From Phoronis australis (lineage: Eukaryota > Animalia > Phoronida): DNA of 64,000 bases. Below the pieces are notes generated by a model. The model worked only from the letters and a program-made list of their open reading frames with translations. It was not told the DNA's origin and ran no database searches. The stretch lies in assembly GCA_002633005.1 (NCBI GenBank), contig NMRA01000026.1, positions 1,446,710-1,510,709 of the forward strand, given 5' to 3'. A program made the position numbers and the translations under genes. Positions 24,294-37,200 of this stretch are shown one piece after another; the stretch's first letter is position 1, and every line of letters begins with the position of its first letter.

Positions 24294-25539
24294 CCGTAAT
24301 CGTTCGGGTTAAATTGGCGAACCCAAAAAATCGGGGGAGGGCGGTTAACCGAGCAGTGGGCGGTTAAATCGAAAATCCACCTAAAGTAGGGGATGGGCGG
24401 TTAACCGAACATGGGCGCTTATTACGACAGTCAACCGCCCTGGGCGGTTAATCTTACCTGTCGATCTAAATCCCGACACGACACTCATACTCGGAACGCG
24501 TAGCCCTTTTCAAAGAGCTTTATCGTCAGGTCGCCAAATGACTGTGAAAACGTCATAACAGCGGATGATCCCAACAAAGGTTCTCTTGCCCTCAGATTAG
24601 TCATTCACTATTAAATTTACAAAATTGCTGAGTAATAGCCCNNNNNNNNNNNNNNNNNNNNNNNNNNNNNNNNNNNNNNNNNNNNNNNNNNNNNNNNNNN
24701 NNNNNNNNNNNNNNNNNNNNNNNNNNNNNNNNNNNNNNNNNNNNNNNNNNNNNNNNNNNNNNNNNNNNNNNNNNNNNNNNNNNNNNNNNNNNNNNNNNNN
24801 NNNNNNNNNNNNNNNNNNNNNNNNNNNNNNNNNNNNNNNNNNNNNNNNNNNNNNNNNNNNNNNNNNNNNNNNNNNNNNNNNNNNNNNNNNNNNNNNNNNN
24901 NNNNNNNNNNNNNNCCGGCAGTTATATTCATCAAAATATTGAGAATTTGACATCTTTCCGTGAGTTGTGAGATTTGTTCAAAATACGAGAGCTTCCCACC
25001 TTAATAGAATTTGGAGGGTTGGCAAAACCATTGTCACATTTCTCTGGCCTGATTTTTTCGAATATATGTTTTATCTAGTGCACTGCAGACGGAAACTCAG
25101 TGCGGCAGACAAAGTCGCTGAAAGCGGAGGTTTTGACGCCGGCGGCGTTCTTAAACTTTGCAAACAAGGGAAGACAATAAAGTGACAAAAAGGTTCAAGT
25201 ATTTTGAAGTGAGTTCATGACCCAAGACAATAACTCTTTACCTGTATTGTGATTCAGATTGCTTAACCACCGTCTCGGAGTCCCGGCGTCGTTGCACTCG
25301 TGATCATCGATCTTTTTCTAAAAGTCGGGGAATCGCGCGTTTCCTTAGCAATAGGCGCTAAATCTTCATTCTTTAAAAGTCGGGGATGGGTGCTTAACCG
25401 AGAGGTGGGCGCTTAACTGGAAATCTTCAAAAATCGTAGGGGGGCGCTTAACTGAGCAGTGGGCGGTTAAATCGGGAATCCACTTAAAGTCGGGGATGGG
25501 CGCTTAACTGAGCATGGGCGTTAACCCGAACGATTACGG
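24294..25539. mobile_element. Tc1/mariner (pogo-like) non-autonomous transposon spanning the assembly gap
   Basis: Perfect 19-bp TIR CCGTAATCGTTCGGGTTAA with TA on both flanks. Multiple GGGCG(G/C)TTAAC subterminal repeats at both ends. Confidence 0.9.
24642..24914. other. Assembly gap (273 N)
   Basis: Run of N characters. Confidence 1.
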
Positions 25540-26084
25540 TAACTAGCATAAAAAAGATTTTTAGTTGTGAATTTTGCACTATATCTTTCCCACATTTCAT
25601 GGTGTCATTCAGCCTCTCAGAAATTTTTTGATAAGCAGTTTTTCATTCATTCAATTCGCAAAATTTGAACTTCAAACAAGGAGGATGTTTGCACTTATTT
25701 TGTTGACATTCGTGTGGCAGATCACTCCTAGAAGTTTGACCACTGTTTGTTTCTATTTTAAGTTGCATAATATATGTGTGTGTGTTACAAAGCACTGACT
25801 CAACATTAGGTCATGAGCAAGCTTGCATCTGTGGACTTCAATTTTGATGATCATAGTTGGTTAGAGCAACTGTCTGGCTGAGGTTAAGCGCGCATGTTTT
25901 GGTAAGCGCCCACCCTCTATGTCTTGAAATTAGCAATTAAAGCACCCATCTCTGGGTTAATTGCCCATCTCTTTTATTCAGTGGAGAAAACTTGTTCTGT
26001 TTTAAGCCATATTGCACTCTCAAAAGATCACCCTTCTCTTGGTTGACAAAAGTAAATGTCTGCCAAGTGCTAAGTTGTGTATGA

Positions 26085-26320
26085 GGAGTCAGTGTGGCCT
26101 GGTTGATAAGTGCCCGCTTTCTTTACTCGAGGTCATGGGTTCGAGTCCCACCAGGTCACACTGCTAAACCCTTGAGCCGGGTTTCTAGCTCCTCAGCTCG
26201 GTTTTAACCATATATTAATAAATCATAAAAATATTTCCAGGTGACCAGTGCAATGGGCCCACATACGAGGCCTGCGCACATCTGGTACAACGTGTATCAG
26301 ACTGCCTGCAATTATTTTAT
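26085..26320 (+). mobile_element. Apparently full-length tRNA-derived SINE
   Basis: A-box-like TGGCCTGGTTGA (26095) and B-box GGTTCGAGTCC (26138). The body is shared with copies at 7005-7090 and 48830-48962, and it has an AT-rich tail. Confidence 0.8.
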
Positions 26321-26363
26321 TAAGTTGTGTAGCTTCCATTTACCAGGTTACTTATCATTGTAG

Positions 26364-26424
26364 GGACACTTCTGGTCAAGGACGTTTCTGTACAGTATTG
26401 CGATCATACTCCAGAGGAGCTCAG
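26364..26424 (+). CDS. RAB40: RAB40 coding exon 3
   Basis: tag|G GAC ACT TCT GGT CAA...GCT CAG|gtaagc gives (W)DTSGQGRFCTVLRSYSRGAQ, the G3 box. 61 bp, phase-compatible with exon 2. Confidence 0.95.
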
Positions 26425-26873
26425 GTAAGCTGTTCTCAATGCACAGTCACGTCTGTCATGTCTATGAACAGGTTGGGTTGTATTTTAATTGAGAAAGGTC
26501 TTTGAGGAGTGCTGTGAATCTGTTAGTTGGATGAATACAACAGTCTGTGTGTTTACTGTGAACAAATGTGTTTCAAACACAAAAGTTACCTACAGTTCAG
26601 ATTTTCCAAAAGTTAATGTCCAAAGCAAAAGTGTTCACATGATGGCAACATGATAATATTGGCAATGCTCAGTTTATTTAGATGTGAGATGTGGCCTGTT
26701 TATTTGTTTTTACAGCTGCTGACTATTGTATGAGTGTCCATGCAGTAAATGTGTTTGTACTGTTGTGACACATACAGATGTCACTGTGGTAAAGCTGTCT
26801 AGCATTTAGCAGTATCTGTGTAAATGTTTAGCCCTAGAATTCTTGTTATACTTTCACCTGGGACTTGCTTCAG

Positions 26874-26951
26874 GGCATCCTGCTAGTGTATGACATCACA
26901 AACAAGTGGTCATTTGATGGAATTGACAGGTGGATCAAGGAAGTCAGTGAC
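26874..26951 (+). CDS. RAB40: RAB40 coding exon 4
   Basis: cag|[26 protein letters not shown]|gtaagt, 78 bp. Confidence 0.95.
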
Positions 26952-27287
26952 GTAAGTGCATAGTTCTCACATGTTTTTATTTGGTAAAATATACTATTTT
27001 ATCTTCAAATAACTAGTCAGGCCTTTATGCAGCGTACGTCTTGGACGTCCATTTGGACGCTCAAGCACTAATCTGGACGCTCTGACAAGGCCGCCCAATG
27101 TGTCATTTGGACGCCCACTGTCAACCACAACCTTTCAAGTTTGGACACCCACTAGGCAGCCCAGTTAATGTGCTTGAGAAGTGAGGTCACAGTGCTGGCT
27201 TTTTTGAACTCGGGAAGAAATATACAGTGTTTCTCACATGACCTGGAATGTGTTACGATTCGACTCGTTAATATCACCGAGTACGTA

Positions 27288-28510
27288 ATTTTTTTATGCG
27301 CCCACATATTTATATGTGGACGCATTATGCCGTCATCTCCGTCCAGCGTCTGTCCGGCGTCCGTTGCTCTATCTCCAGAACCGATTGACGTATGTTCATA
27401 AAGTTTTGCACGTGTGTTCCTTTCATGGATGGGACGGCTTGAGTGAACTTTGGGACAGATCCGACTACCGGTGTGTCCCCTAGTGGCAATTTTAGTTTTT
27501 TACGTTTATCTCTGTATCTTCAAAGGTCCTCAACATATTTTCACAAAATTTGGTATATAGGCATCTATTAGTAAGATGGTGTTATCCTCCCGTTTTGGGA
27601 TAGATTCGACGTGGTTTGTGCCACCTAGTGGCTATTTTTACTGTTTTTGAGTCTGTTTTTTGGCGTCCACCCCTCTATCAACCAAACCGCTTTCAGGATA
27701 ATTATGAAAATGGGCATGTATGTTTTTACTTTGAAGTGGACGGGTGACGATGATTTTCTGATGACTTCGACTATTGTGGCGCCTCCTTGTGGCAGTTTTG
27801 TTTTTTGCGCCCATGGCTGTATCTCCTAAACCGTTTGTACAATCTTTAATAAATTTAAGAAGTGTGTTTATATGATGTTGACAACAGACGATGACGATTT
27901 TCAGATGGATCTGACTACTGTTGTGCCCCCTGGTGGCAATTTTAGTTTTACATTTACCTCTGTATCTTCAAAGGTCCTCAACGGATTTTCATAAAATTTT
28001 GAATACAGGCATCTGTATCTCCTAAACCCACTGCAGGATATTAAAATTAATTTTTAAGTGTTTTGATATGAAGCTAACAACAGACAATGACGACTTTCAG
28101 CCAGATCTAATGAACAGTGTGCCCCCTAGTGCCAATTTCATTTTATTCAGTTTTTCATTTGTTTCTCTGAAGTTCCATGATTGATTTCTAGGAAATTTTG
28201 TGTTTAGCTTTCTATTTAAGAAGCAATGACATGTTCCCCTTTTCGGATGGATTGTATGTTTTTGCACCATCTAGTGGCCATTTTTATGATAGAAATAAAC
28301 AACCCTATCACAGCCACCATCAGTCAAAGTTTTGAAAATTTGTGAGCATCCACAACAATATTAGAAGCAATTGAAAAGTTTCTTACTTCTCATGGCTGCA
28401 ATTTGAGACGGGTAAGAAACAATTACTGTTTGCTAGATTTGTCAATAATGGAGTTTTTTTCTAGTCTGAAGTTGACTTGACCTAATTATCACAGTATAGG
28501 GCATAATGGA
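27288..28510 (+). mobile_element. Helentron-associated HINE / DINE-1-like element with internal ~145-bp tandem repeats
   Basis: Starts in a T-run, followed by the hairpin ATGCGCCCACATA..TATGTGGACGCAT, a (CCGT/CTGT)-type microsatellite and about 6 diverged tandem units. A related fragment lies at about 23060-23400. The right boundary is approximate. Confidence 0.7.
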
Positions 28511-28914
28511 TTGAGCAATTGGTAACAAACTTTTCAGTTGAATGTGTACTCTGGTATATTGTTACACTTATGATTAATTTTGTAGTTGTCTTCCCTGCTG
28601 CTTCGTACTGGGGTGCGTTCAGTACAGCTAGTCTCTCATAGAAAAAAATGCCTATACATGGAACCTAGGTATTGTGGGTGTTTTGATACCATTGTTTCCC
28701 GTAATTCATCATGTTGTCTTAGTCATCCAATCACTTCAGTGATGGACATTTAAGAATTGTCCATGGGTAATGTCACAAGCTCACTAGTGAAATCTTGCAT
28801 TACACTAGTGCAGTCCTGCGTGATTGCGCTTAAACTTTCGAGAAATTGGTGGTAACTAAACGCACCACAGGTTTCACGTTATGAGATGTATCACTGGTCT
28901 TCCTTGCCTTTCAG

Positions 28915-29137
28915 CATGCTCCTGGTGTGCCAAAAATATTGGTGGGTAACCGACTGCATTTAGCCTACAAACGACAAGTGAGTGAAGATGTGGCAGAGAG
29001 TTATGCATACAAGAACGATATGGCTTTCTTTGAAGTCAGCTCTCTCTGCGATTTTAATGTGACGGAGTCCTTTGCCGAACTGTCTCGTGTTGTGTTGAAG
29101 CGTAACGGAATGAGCCGGTCTTGGGGACCTCAAAAAG
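28915..29137 (+). CDS. RAB40: RAB40 coding exon 5
   Basis: cag|[22 protein letters not shown]...[21 protein letters not shown]...PQK g|gttagt. GNRLH is the RAB40-specific G4 variant. 223 bp. Confidence 0.96.
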
Positions 29138-30443
29138 GTTAGTGTCATTTGCAGTTTTTGACTCTTTGTATTGTATTTTGTTTTTGATTCATTTACAGAC
29201 CTCGATTCGCATCGGTTGTATTTAGCTGTAACTGACTTGACTCTTATTTTTTGGTTCTGGTTAATGGTGAATTAACGTAACATAACTTAAGCTTTAAAGC
29301 CTATCTTGAATGGTAACACCTGTAAATTTGGACCCTACAGTATGTTAAGAGCATCGCTCTGAGCCAACTAGTGCCACAAATTGCCAAATGTGATAAACTG
29401 TTAGGCGTAATGGCTTGCTTTTGTCTACACCACTGCGAGAATCGCCTTTTAATTCAAACAGCTGCGAATAACACCCGCACGCAGACCCCTGTTCAATACA
29501 GCTGTTATCGACTTTTTTTTGTTTGTGTTGGGATCTCCTGGTGACGCAACACGGCACAAAAAGGCAGCTTCACCTGTCATTTTACAGGCTTACATTTGCG
29601 TGACTGAACTTGTGTTGTCTTATTTTACAAAGGCTTTGCTAGGACTATCTGGTTAGCCCTATAGGTCTAAAATAAAATTCCGTTGAAGTGAGGCTTTAAT
29701 AACAATCTTTTGATTTTTACTAGTATTAGGACTCGAACAAAAATGGATTTTTCCTGAGTTTGAGTCTCATTGTACCACCCCAAAGTCTTGATATTTCATA
29801 TACTCGTTGAACAGAATAATTTTTTGTCTTGTGGATTGTGATAACATCTGAAACAGGTGTAATCATAGACTTCTCTAGTAAAAAGTGCCTGAGCACCATC
29901 AACCATACTTGACCCGTAACCACATTATTCCATCTCTTTTGTGCATCACAAACTTGCAATGGGTGTTCATTTAACAGCAGCTAGTTAACATAATGTTAGA
30001 CATTGACTACTGGGACATGTTTCATGAAGAGTCCATTGGGGTTTTTTTTTGTCTTTTTCCTTTTTTTAGTCAAACGTCAGAAATCTTACAATGCATAGCC
30101 AAAGTTGATTCTTTGTCTTTTTGAGATTATGGAAACGTTTTGTCTTGTGTTTATTTGGGTACACAACAGATTTCTGTCATTTGACTTTGAGTTGTACACA
30201 GATGTTTTGACTTCCAACCTCAGTCTGATTTTCATGAAACACACTCAGCCATCGGTAGACTGATTTTTAGTCAAAAGCCAATAGACTCTTCAACTGGTGT
30301 CACAAATAGACAATTGATCATGTGCCAGGTTGTTTTTGGTTGATAAGTGGTCTTTGTGAGTTTTTTCAAAACTTGTCTAATTTTAAACATGTAAGCTAAG
30401 TGTCATGCTCTACTGTTTATTCATTTTTGTACATTGTTTTCAG

Positions 30444-30679
30444 TGCTAAGCTTACAAGAGTTGTGTTGTCGGACTATAGTCGCCACTACCACTGTATATG
30501 GCATTGAACAATTGCCTCTGCCAGCTGCCATTAAATCTCATCTCAAATCTTACTCAGTGGCCAATAAGACGCGTGCGAGAATGCAAAGTTTTGTGCACAG
30601 AGACAAACATCGCAGGAAAATACTGAACCCTTCAGACTCACCACCCTCAAGCAGTCGCAAGAGTTGTGTCATAAGTTAG
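30444..30679 (+). CDS. RAB40: RAB40 last coding exon (SOCS box and CaaX)
   Basis: cag|(V)LSLQELCCRTIV...LPLPAAIKSHL is a SOCS box. The protein ends SRKSCVIS*, a prenylation motif. Confidence 0.96.
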
Positions 30680-33600
30680 CTGTACAGAAAGCTGTGTGTT
30701 TGGACGCATACTGGGCTGGTCGTTCTTTAGCTTGGCTGTGGTTTACATTACAGTGATTGATCAGTCACGTGATGCCAGTATTTAAAACTTTCAGGACAGA
30801 GTTTGTGTCCACATGACTAGACAATGCAGTCTTGGTAAATTCTCACCAGTTTCGGATAAAAATAATTTCAATGCCTTAATTAATTGTTTGTTTCATTATT
30901 CAAAAGCTTTTGACGTTGTTATAAATACTCGTGTCTCAAAGCAATGTCAGATGGTAGCTATGAAACTTAAAAATGGAATAGTATTGATTTGGTACTACTT
31001 GTTTTTTCACCAAAAATTGGAAAATTTGATTTCACTCAACCCACCATATTGTGTCAGAAATTGGTGATATTAGATTCTGTAAACTTTCATAAGGAAGAGA
31101 CTGGATACAGAAAACAAAAAATCTAAAATTTAAGACAGACTTGCCTAACATCATACTGGCTTTCAGGTGTGCTGCTTGTGTATTATTTTTTTTCGACCGT
31201 TTTTAATATGTCTCTTAATTGATAGTTTAATGGTTTTCATTTAGGTAGTGTTTAGTCAGCTCATCACAGTGTGGCAGTTGTTCTGAAATGTCATGGTTCT
31301 TTGGAATATCAAATTCATGCACCAGCGATCATTCGGCGCTGTGCTGTTCGATTTGAATCTAACCTCAGTTTCGTAGAAATTGGGAATCACCTGGAGCAGT
31401 CATGATTTAAATGTGAATCTCTCGTGTCTGTGTGTATACAAGTGTCTGAACATTGTCACGTCTCTCAAGACTTCTTTTGTACGTCTCGGAGAGCTACCAG
31501 CTGAGGTGTGTGCCTCAAGTGAATGATAGCTGAGTTGACAAATCACGTTCAGAGGAGAACAATAAAGATGTTTTCGCATGCTCCTAACTATGCTAATATA
31601 TAGCAGGAACTAAATGACAATGCTATTTGAACTTCATCTGTGCTAAACAAAGTGCAGTTGTATTCACTGACAATTTGTAAATGTGAAAATAAAAAATTCT
31701 GCAAATAGGTGATCTTTGCATTAATGACGAACTTTGGGGGCTCACATAGCCGGTATCAAGCAGTGTTATTCACCAACACCACATCACGATACTTACTGGA
31801 CACAGTTGAGTGATTTATGTTGGATCATTTTCGACACAAAAATCGTTCTTACAAATATATTCACATTGTTGCTTTTTGTTGTGTTTCTGTCTAATTTGAC
31901 CAAGTAATCACAGAGATAAGGAATTAGCGTGCAAGTTCCACTTTAAATTATTTATCCTTCAGTTCATTCAACTGTTGCCATATTTTCACACCTTGACGGA
32001 CGTGAGCTGTCACCTCAGCTATGGTACACGTAGTGGTCCTAAGACTTGGTAACATGGTTGGTGCTCAGAAAACTTATTCTCAGTGATAAAATAAAATATT
32101 ACAAGTTTTTATCAGAGGAATGACTGAATTTGCCTTTTCAATTTCCTTGGGTTCTAACATAAGTTTTCTCTTGCCTGCCATATTGTTTACAAAATTGATG
32201 AGATTTTACTCTGTAATCTACTGTAGAGGTGGCGCAGTGCAACAGCGGGATGAATTGTCAGTATCAGGCTGTTTTCTCACCAATGCTTATGGTAAAAATT
32301 TTTAGACTTTGGCATAAACGTAATTGCCGAAATTGTCTTTTTTTTCTATTTTTCAAAAGATTATCACATAGTTTTCAAAAGATTATCACATAGTTTTTGA
32401 TTCTCACAATTTCAACAAATGTTTTGTGTCAACTATACAGTACAAACTTTACTAAAAAGAGGTTAAAATTTTAGGTTAGTTTTATTCTGAAAATGCAACA
32501 ATGAAATTTCCTTTCTCTGCCATGGTGTTTCCAAAACTGAAGAATTTTTGCTGCCCTTTGCTTTAAATAATACTGTGCTGCCCATGCAACAATTGGTGTT
32601 CTTGACCGATTTAAAATGTCTCACTAACTACGTCACCTTTAGGGATCTCTCCTTCCCGAAGTGCGTCTAGTTTTCAACCTACAAAGTCGGGCAGTTATAT
32701 TTGCTCGGGTGTCAATTTTATCAAACAACATATCCCTCTTCGTAGCTAAGAACATCGCAGACACATGTCCAACATAATATTTATGGTGCCCCCAGCCTAA
32801 AAAATGCAGGGGTTGAATTTTTGAGAATGTGCACCTTTTACTTAGAATCATGGGGTACGTTCAGAGGTATGAATTGTGCATTCGCCAAATTTTGGTAGTT
32901 CTCTGGGGCAGACCCTTTTGCCCACTTCGCCAAATAGGGGGCACTTTCGAGCCCCCCTGGGTGCACGCATGATGTACTTTGAGAAGGAAGCAACCAAATC
33001 CTGTATTGACAACCATTATCATGAATAAATCACTTTACTAAACTCTATATGTATCAGTCTGAGTGACAGACAGTCTTAGCCACTGCTGGGGGTACGGCCT
33101 TTGATAAAGCTGGCCCAGATGTTGAACTCTTTGTTAAGTTTACTATGGTAACCACTTGTGTTTGTTGCTGTCTCTCGGTCTTAAGCATATTTTATGTGTG
33201 CTTGTTTAGAAACGAGCAAAGTGACCCAACTGAATTTTGTCAGCAGATGTCCTACAAGGACCATATTTCATTTTGTCTCAGTTGTACTTTTTATTTTGCT
33301 ACAATGTTCATGGATATTTATTGCAAAGGTGTCCTTAGTTCAAGCAATCTGTCTATGTCTATGTCTATGTCTATTGTTTGTCTATCCTATACATTGACAT
33401 GTGTGATGGTTGAGTTTCTGTGGTAGGGACTCCAGGTTCTTTAAAGCATATGTGTTAGGCCATATAAGAAAAGTTGTTTTTTGTCTTTACCCCAGCTCAT
33501 TTCGAGAGGTCTCATTTTGAGACCTGCGCTCACTAACTAAAGAAAAACAACAAAAAACGCCTCTAAGTTCCAACCTTGGCTTTGTCTTTTTTGAAAAGTT

Positions 33601-33769
33601 GCACAAAGGCATGTAAACAAAGGTATTAAGGTTAATCATGCAATTTGCCAAGTGATGACTAAAAAACAAATCCCACACCATTTTTGCTCTCAGGTAGATT
33701 TTCTTTTTTGAAAAAATGAGCAACTAAAAAAGTTGAGCACCACGGACTCAATTCTGAAAGAGACCAGTG

Positions 33770-34203
33770 GCTGGTTGCATGACACAGTCCCAAATAGGGA
33801 CTCAACTAAGGTCCCTAAGTCTTTTTTGCGCATTTGTGTCTTTGTGGACTCACAGGTGCAATGTTTTTCTATCATTTCATCTTTAGTATGAGCTGCTCTT
33901 TGTTTAATGGATGACTTTTTCTAATAATATTAGATAAAAACTGAACCCAGAGTTCATTGAAAATAAATAGGGACTTGGTCCTTAAATTGGGGGTGTTGCA
34001 TGAAAAGATCCCTAACTATTTTCGATAATATTGGCAATTTTAAGTAGAGTTCACTTTCGATTTGTATCAAAGTCAAAAGATAACTTAATGATGAAACTAA
34101 AACAATACAAGAAAGGGCAATCGATGTTTTCACAAGTCCAAAAATACGCATTAGATTTAGGGAACTTAGTTGAGTCCCTAATTGGGACTTTTTCGTGCAA
34201 CAA
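33770..34203. mobile_element. MITE with ~50-bp imperfect TIRs
   Basis: GTTGCATGACACAGTCCCAAATAGGGACTCAACTAAG is inverted to CTTAGTTGAGTCCCTAATTGGGACTTTTTCGTGCAAC. Confidence 0.7.
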
Positions 34204-37200
34204 GGAACAGGACTAAGTGCTTTTTGGCCTTATTAATTGAATAGTCTATGATGAGAACTTGAAAACCTACTATATACTGACCAAGGAAATCAATGTTTTA
34301 CAAAATCAGGTGCAGACTTCTTTCAACTCAAATGTAAACCATACCACTGCTTTTAGTTTCTAGCAGGGGGGAGAAAGGATAGCTTTAGTATTATATTAAG
34401 TCATTGGGCAAACCTGAAATCACATTGATGCCATTTTGAAAGTCTGTAGGGATTCGAAGGCATTCTTTTGAACGTTTTTAAAAGCTCTATAATTTTCATT
34501 GAGTGAAGTTTGTGTTGTGGAGAACAGAACACACTTTGGACATGGATCTATGGTGTTAATCTGGGAAATGTACGACTATGAGCGAGTATAGAGCATGCCT
34601 AACGGTCAACAAGTGCAGCAATGTAAAATTGAGTCCAACTTCCTGACTCCCTAGAACTCCCTCTGGATCCACGCCTGGACCCTGTTCTATCAAGGCTCAT
34701 AACCCTGGTCTTAGCTAAGATGGTGATTATGTTAGATTTTTATTGTTGAGCAATGCATAAGGGTATTTCATAAATGTGGATGTTTACACTGATCGTGAAC
34801 TTTTGTCACATTTACGAATAACGCAGTTTCACCTTAGAAATATTGTGCGTAAGACCCTCTTAGCTATGACCCTGACCCCTTGTACAACTTTTGCCGAAAG
34901 GGACCCTTGCTGTTTACTATGTGGTTCAGAAGACAGATGTGATGTCCATACTTCTTTGGCAGCCATGTAAAATTCATTTCTGTTATACAACAGCCATCTG
35001 TGTGATTTCTATGATTGCAAGACTTCACTGTTTACTACTTGAACATTATTTATAAGTCTAGATTGTTCAGCAATCTTGTTTGATACACAGTGGGTTGTTT
35101 GCATAGGTAATTTGGTTGACATGTGTCTTTTTAACTCTCTTGTAATCGTGTATATTGTTATGCAATGGATTTTTATTGAAGTTGATTAAATTTTAATATT
35201 GTGGATGGCGACTGTTTTGAATTAATTTGAAAAATAAAAGGAGAAACTTTGAGTACCCATGGTAATTTTTATCTCAGAGGTCTGAGCTAAAAACTTCCCT
35301 CATTTGAAAATGCATGCAAGGGTACTATTGAGGCGGCTCGCATGTTCAAGTTTGGTCGATATGCAATAGTAACTTGTAACAAAAAATGAACTGTTTGTCC
35401 CTTTAGACCATCTACAGTACCACAACATTATAGTACTGTATTTTCTGAAACTGGAAATGTTTGAATTTGGTTTTTGATTACATACCAAACTACAGCCATT
35501 TGAGCCTCCGTAGCATGTCTTTAGTAAAATTTCACATAAAAAGGTACATTCATAGCCAAACAACCCCATGGCCGAATTTTGTTTTACATTCATGGTCAAG
35601 ATAAAGTCTCAAAAACGTCAGTTTTCTAAATTATTGTGTAGTTTTTGCCTTATTCAACTTAAAATTTTTCTCATGAAAATCATTGAAGTCCTATTTTTGA
35701 TAGCCTCTCGTGCAAAACTGAAACGTTTTAAAACGATCCCTAACAGAGATTGGTAAAGCGTGCACAGTATTCATCCATCATTGATTCATCCAATCAGCCA
35801 ATTCCAAAATGTTGTATTCCGAAGTTAGCCAAATTTGGACATTTTTCTAGGGTTTATAGACGTAAATAAGACAACTAAAATTGATCACTGAAATTTTCGG
35901 ATATAATAACATCCTTCGTCAACAGAAACAGAAATAAAGTAAAATCGAACACTATGTGACTATTGACATCTGATATATGGCCTAATGAGCATGATACAAT
36001 GTTGCGCTCGTGAATTAGGTCTACACTTTTTACACTTTGTTATTGCTTGAAACCGTACTTGGTGCATGAAATGACTTCTGATAGAACCTGGATTTGAGCA
36101 ATAACGAACTGTCAGTTGTTACTTAGGCAAGAGGTCGTCTCTAACTTAACATGTGAACAATTTAGGATAGTTCTGCTCGTCAACTCGCCGTGAAACTTGT
36201 ATCAACATGTAGCGCTTAAGACCGGACGGTGTACTGCAAAATCTGGGAGTCAGCCCACACTCACCTTGCCGTTGCAGTCGTTTAAGTGAAAAACAATGCA
36301 ATAAACGTCATTTTCTTGCGTAATTCTCCACCTTTTCTAACAATGAACAGTAAGCCTATGTCGTTGTTTTGAAAACAATACGCTCGTGTCACGCGCACGC
36401 GCCATTTCCTAAATTTTTGCGACATCTCTCGTGAGATGGTGATAGCTTGGCATCAGCAAAATATCTTCTGAAATTTGGTTTTTCGGTATTACAATTCTAA
36501 AAATTTACAATGAAGTGAAACCAATTCCGATAATTTGTTGTGACGTGTACGCAATCTCGTGACAGAAGAACAGCTGATTGAAGAATCGGCGAAAAAGAAA
36601 CTGGCCAAATGAGCTCACAGTGACGCAATGGCGCCGAAAGCCGTCGCTAAAGATCGCTCTACAACTTTAGCATTAGAATAACGGTAGAACGTAATTTTTT
36701 CCAACACTGTTAAATAATTTCGTTTACTCAAGGAAGACTGCAGTTTTTAGTGGCACTAATTTTGTGCCAGATTTTATCTTACCACTTTTTTACCCACATC
36801 GGTGCAAAGCTGTATATTTATATACAGCTTTGTGCCAAGGCTATGCACTGCACTGATATTAGGCCTACTTCACATAGTATAAACCGGAAATTACCAATTC
36901 TCCTGTTAACAGATAGCTTAATTTTTGCACTTATTGGGAAAATTAACTGCGAGTGTGAACACCGGTCGGACATTTTTGAATTGATGACCTGGGTTAAGAA
37001 AATGTGGTCAACTTTATATGCGCCAAGAACTGGGCTGTATTAGACGGTAAAAGCGCGTTTTACATAAGTTACGACTGCGTTTGTGACTTAATGTTTGTTC
37101 TTGCCGAGTAATTAGTAAATCAGTGGTCAGGTGCTAACACTACGCAGGGTTGCACTTACTTAATGAATGGAAGATCTGTCATACCAATAAGTTGTTACGA

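Noticed and set aside
24597-24953. ORFs made of X residues
   Set aside because: They run through the assembly gap.
26085-26160. Possible tRNA gene
   Set aside because: No convincing cloverleaf or acceptor stem, and it continues into a dispersed repeat body, so it is a SINE head.
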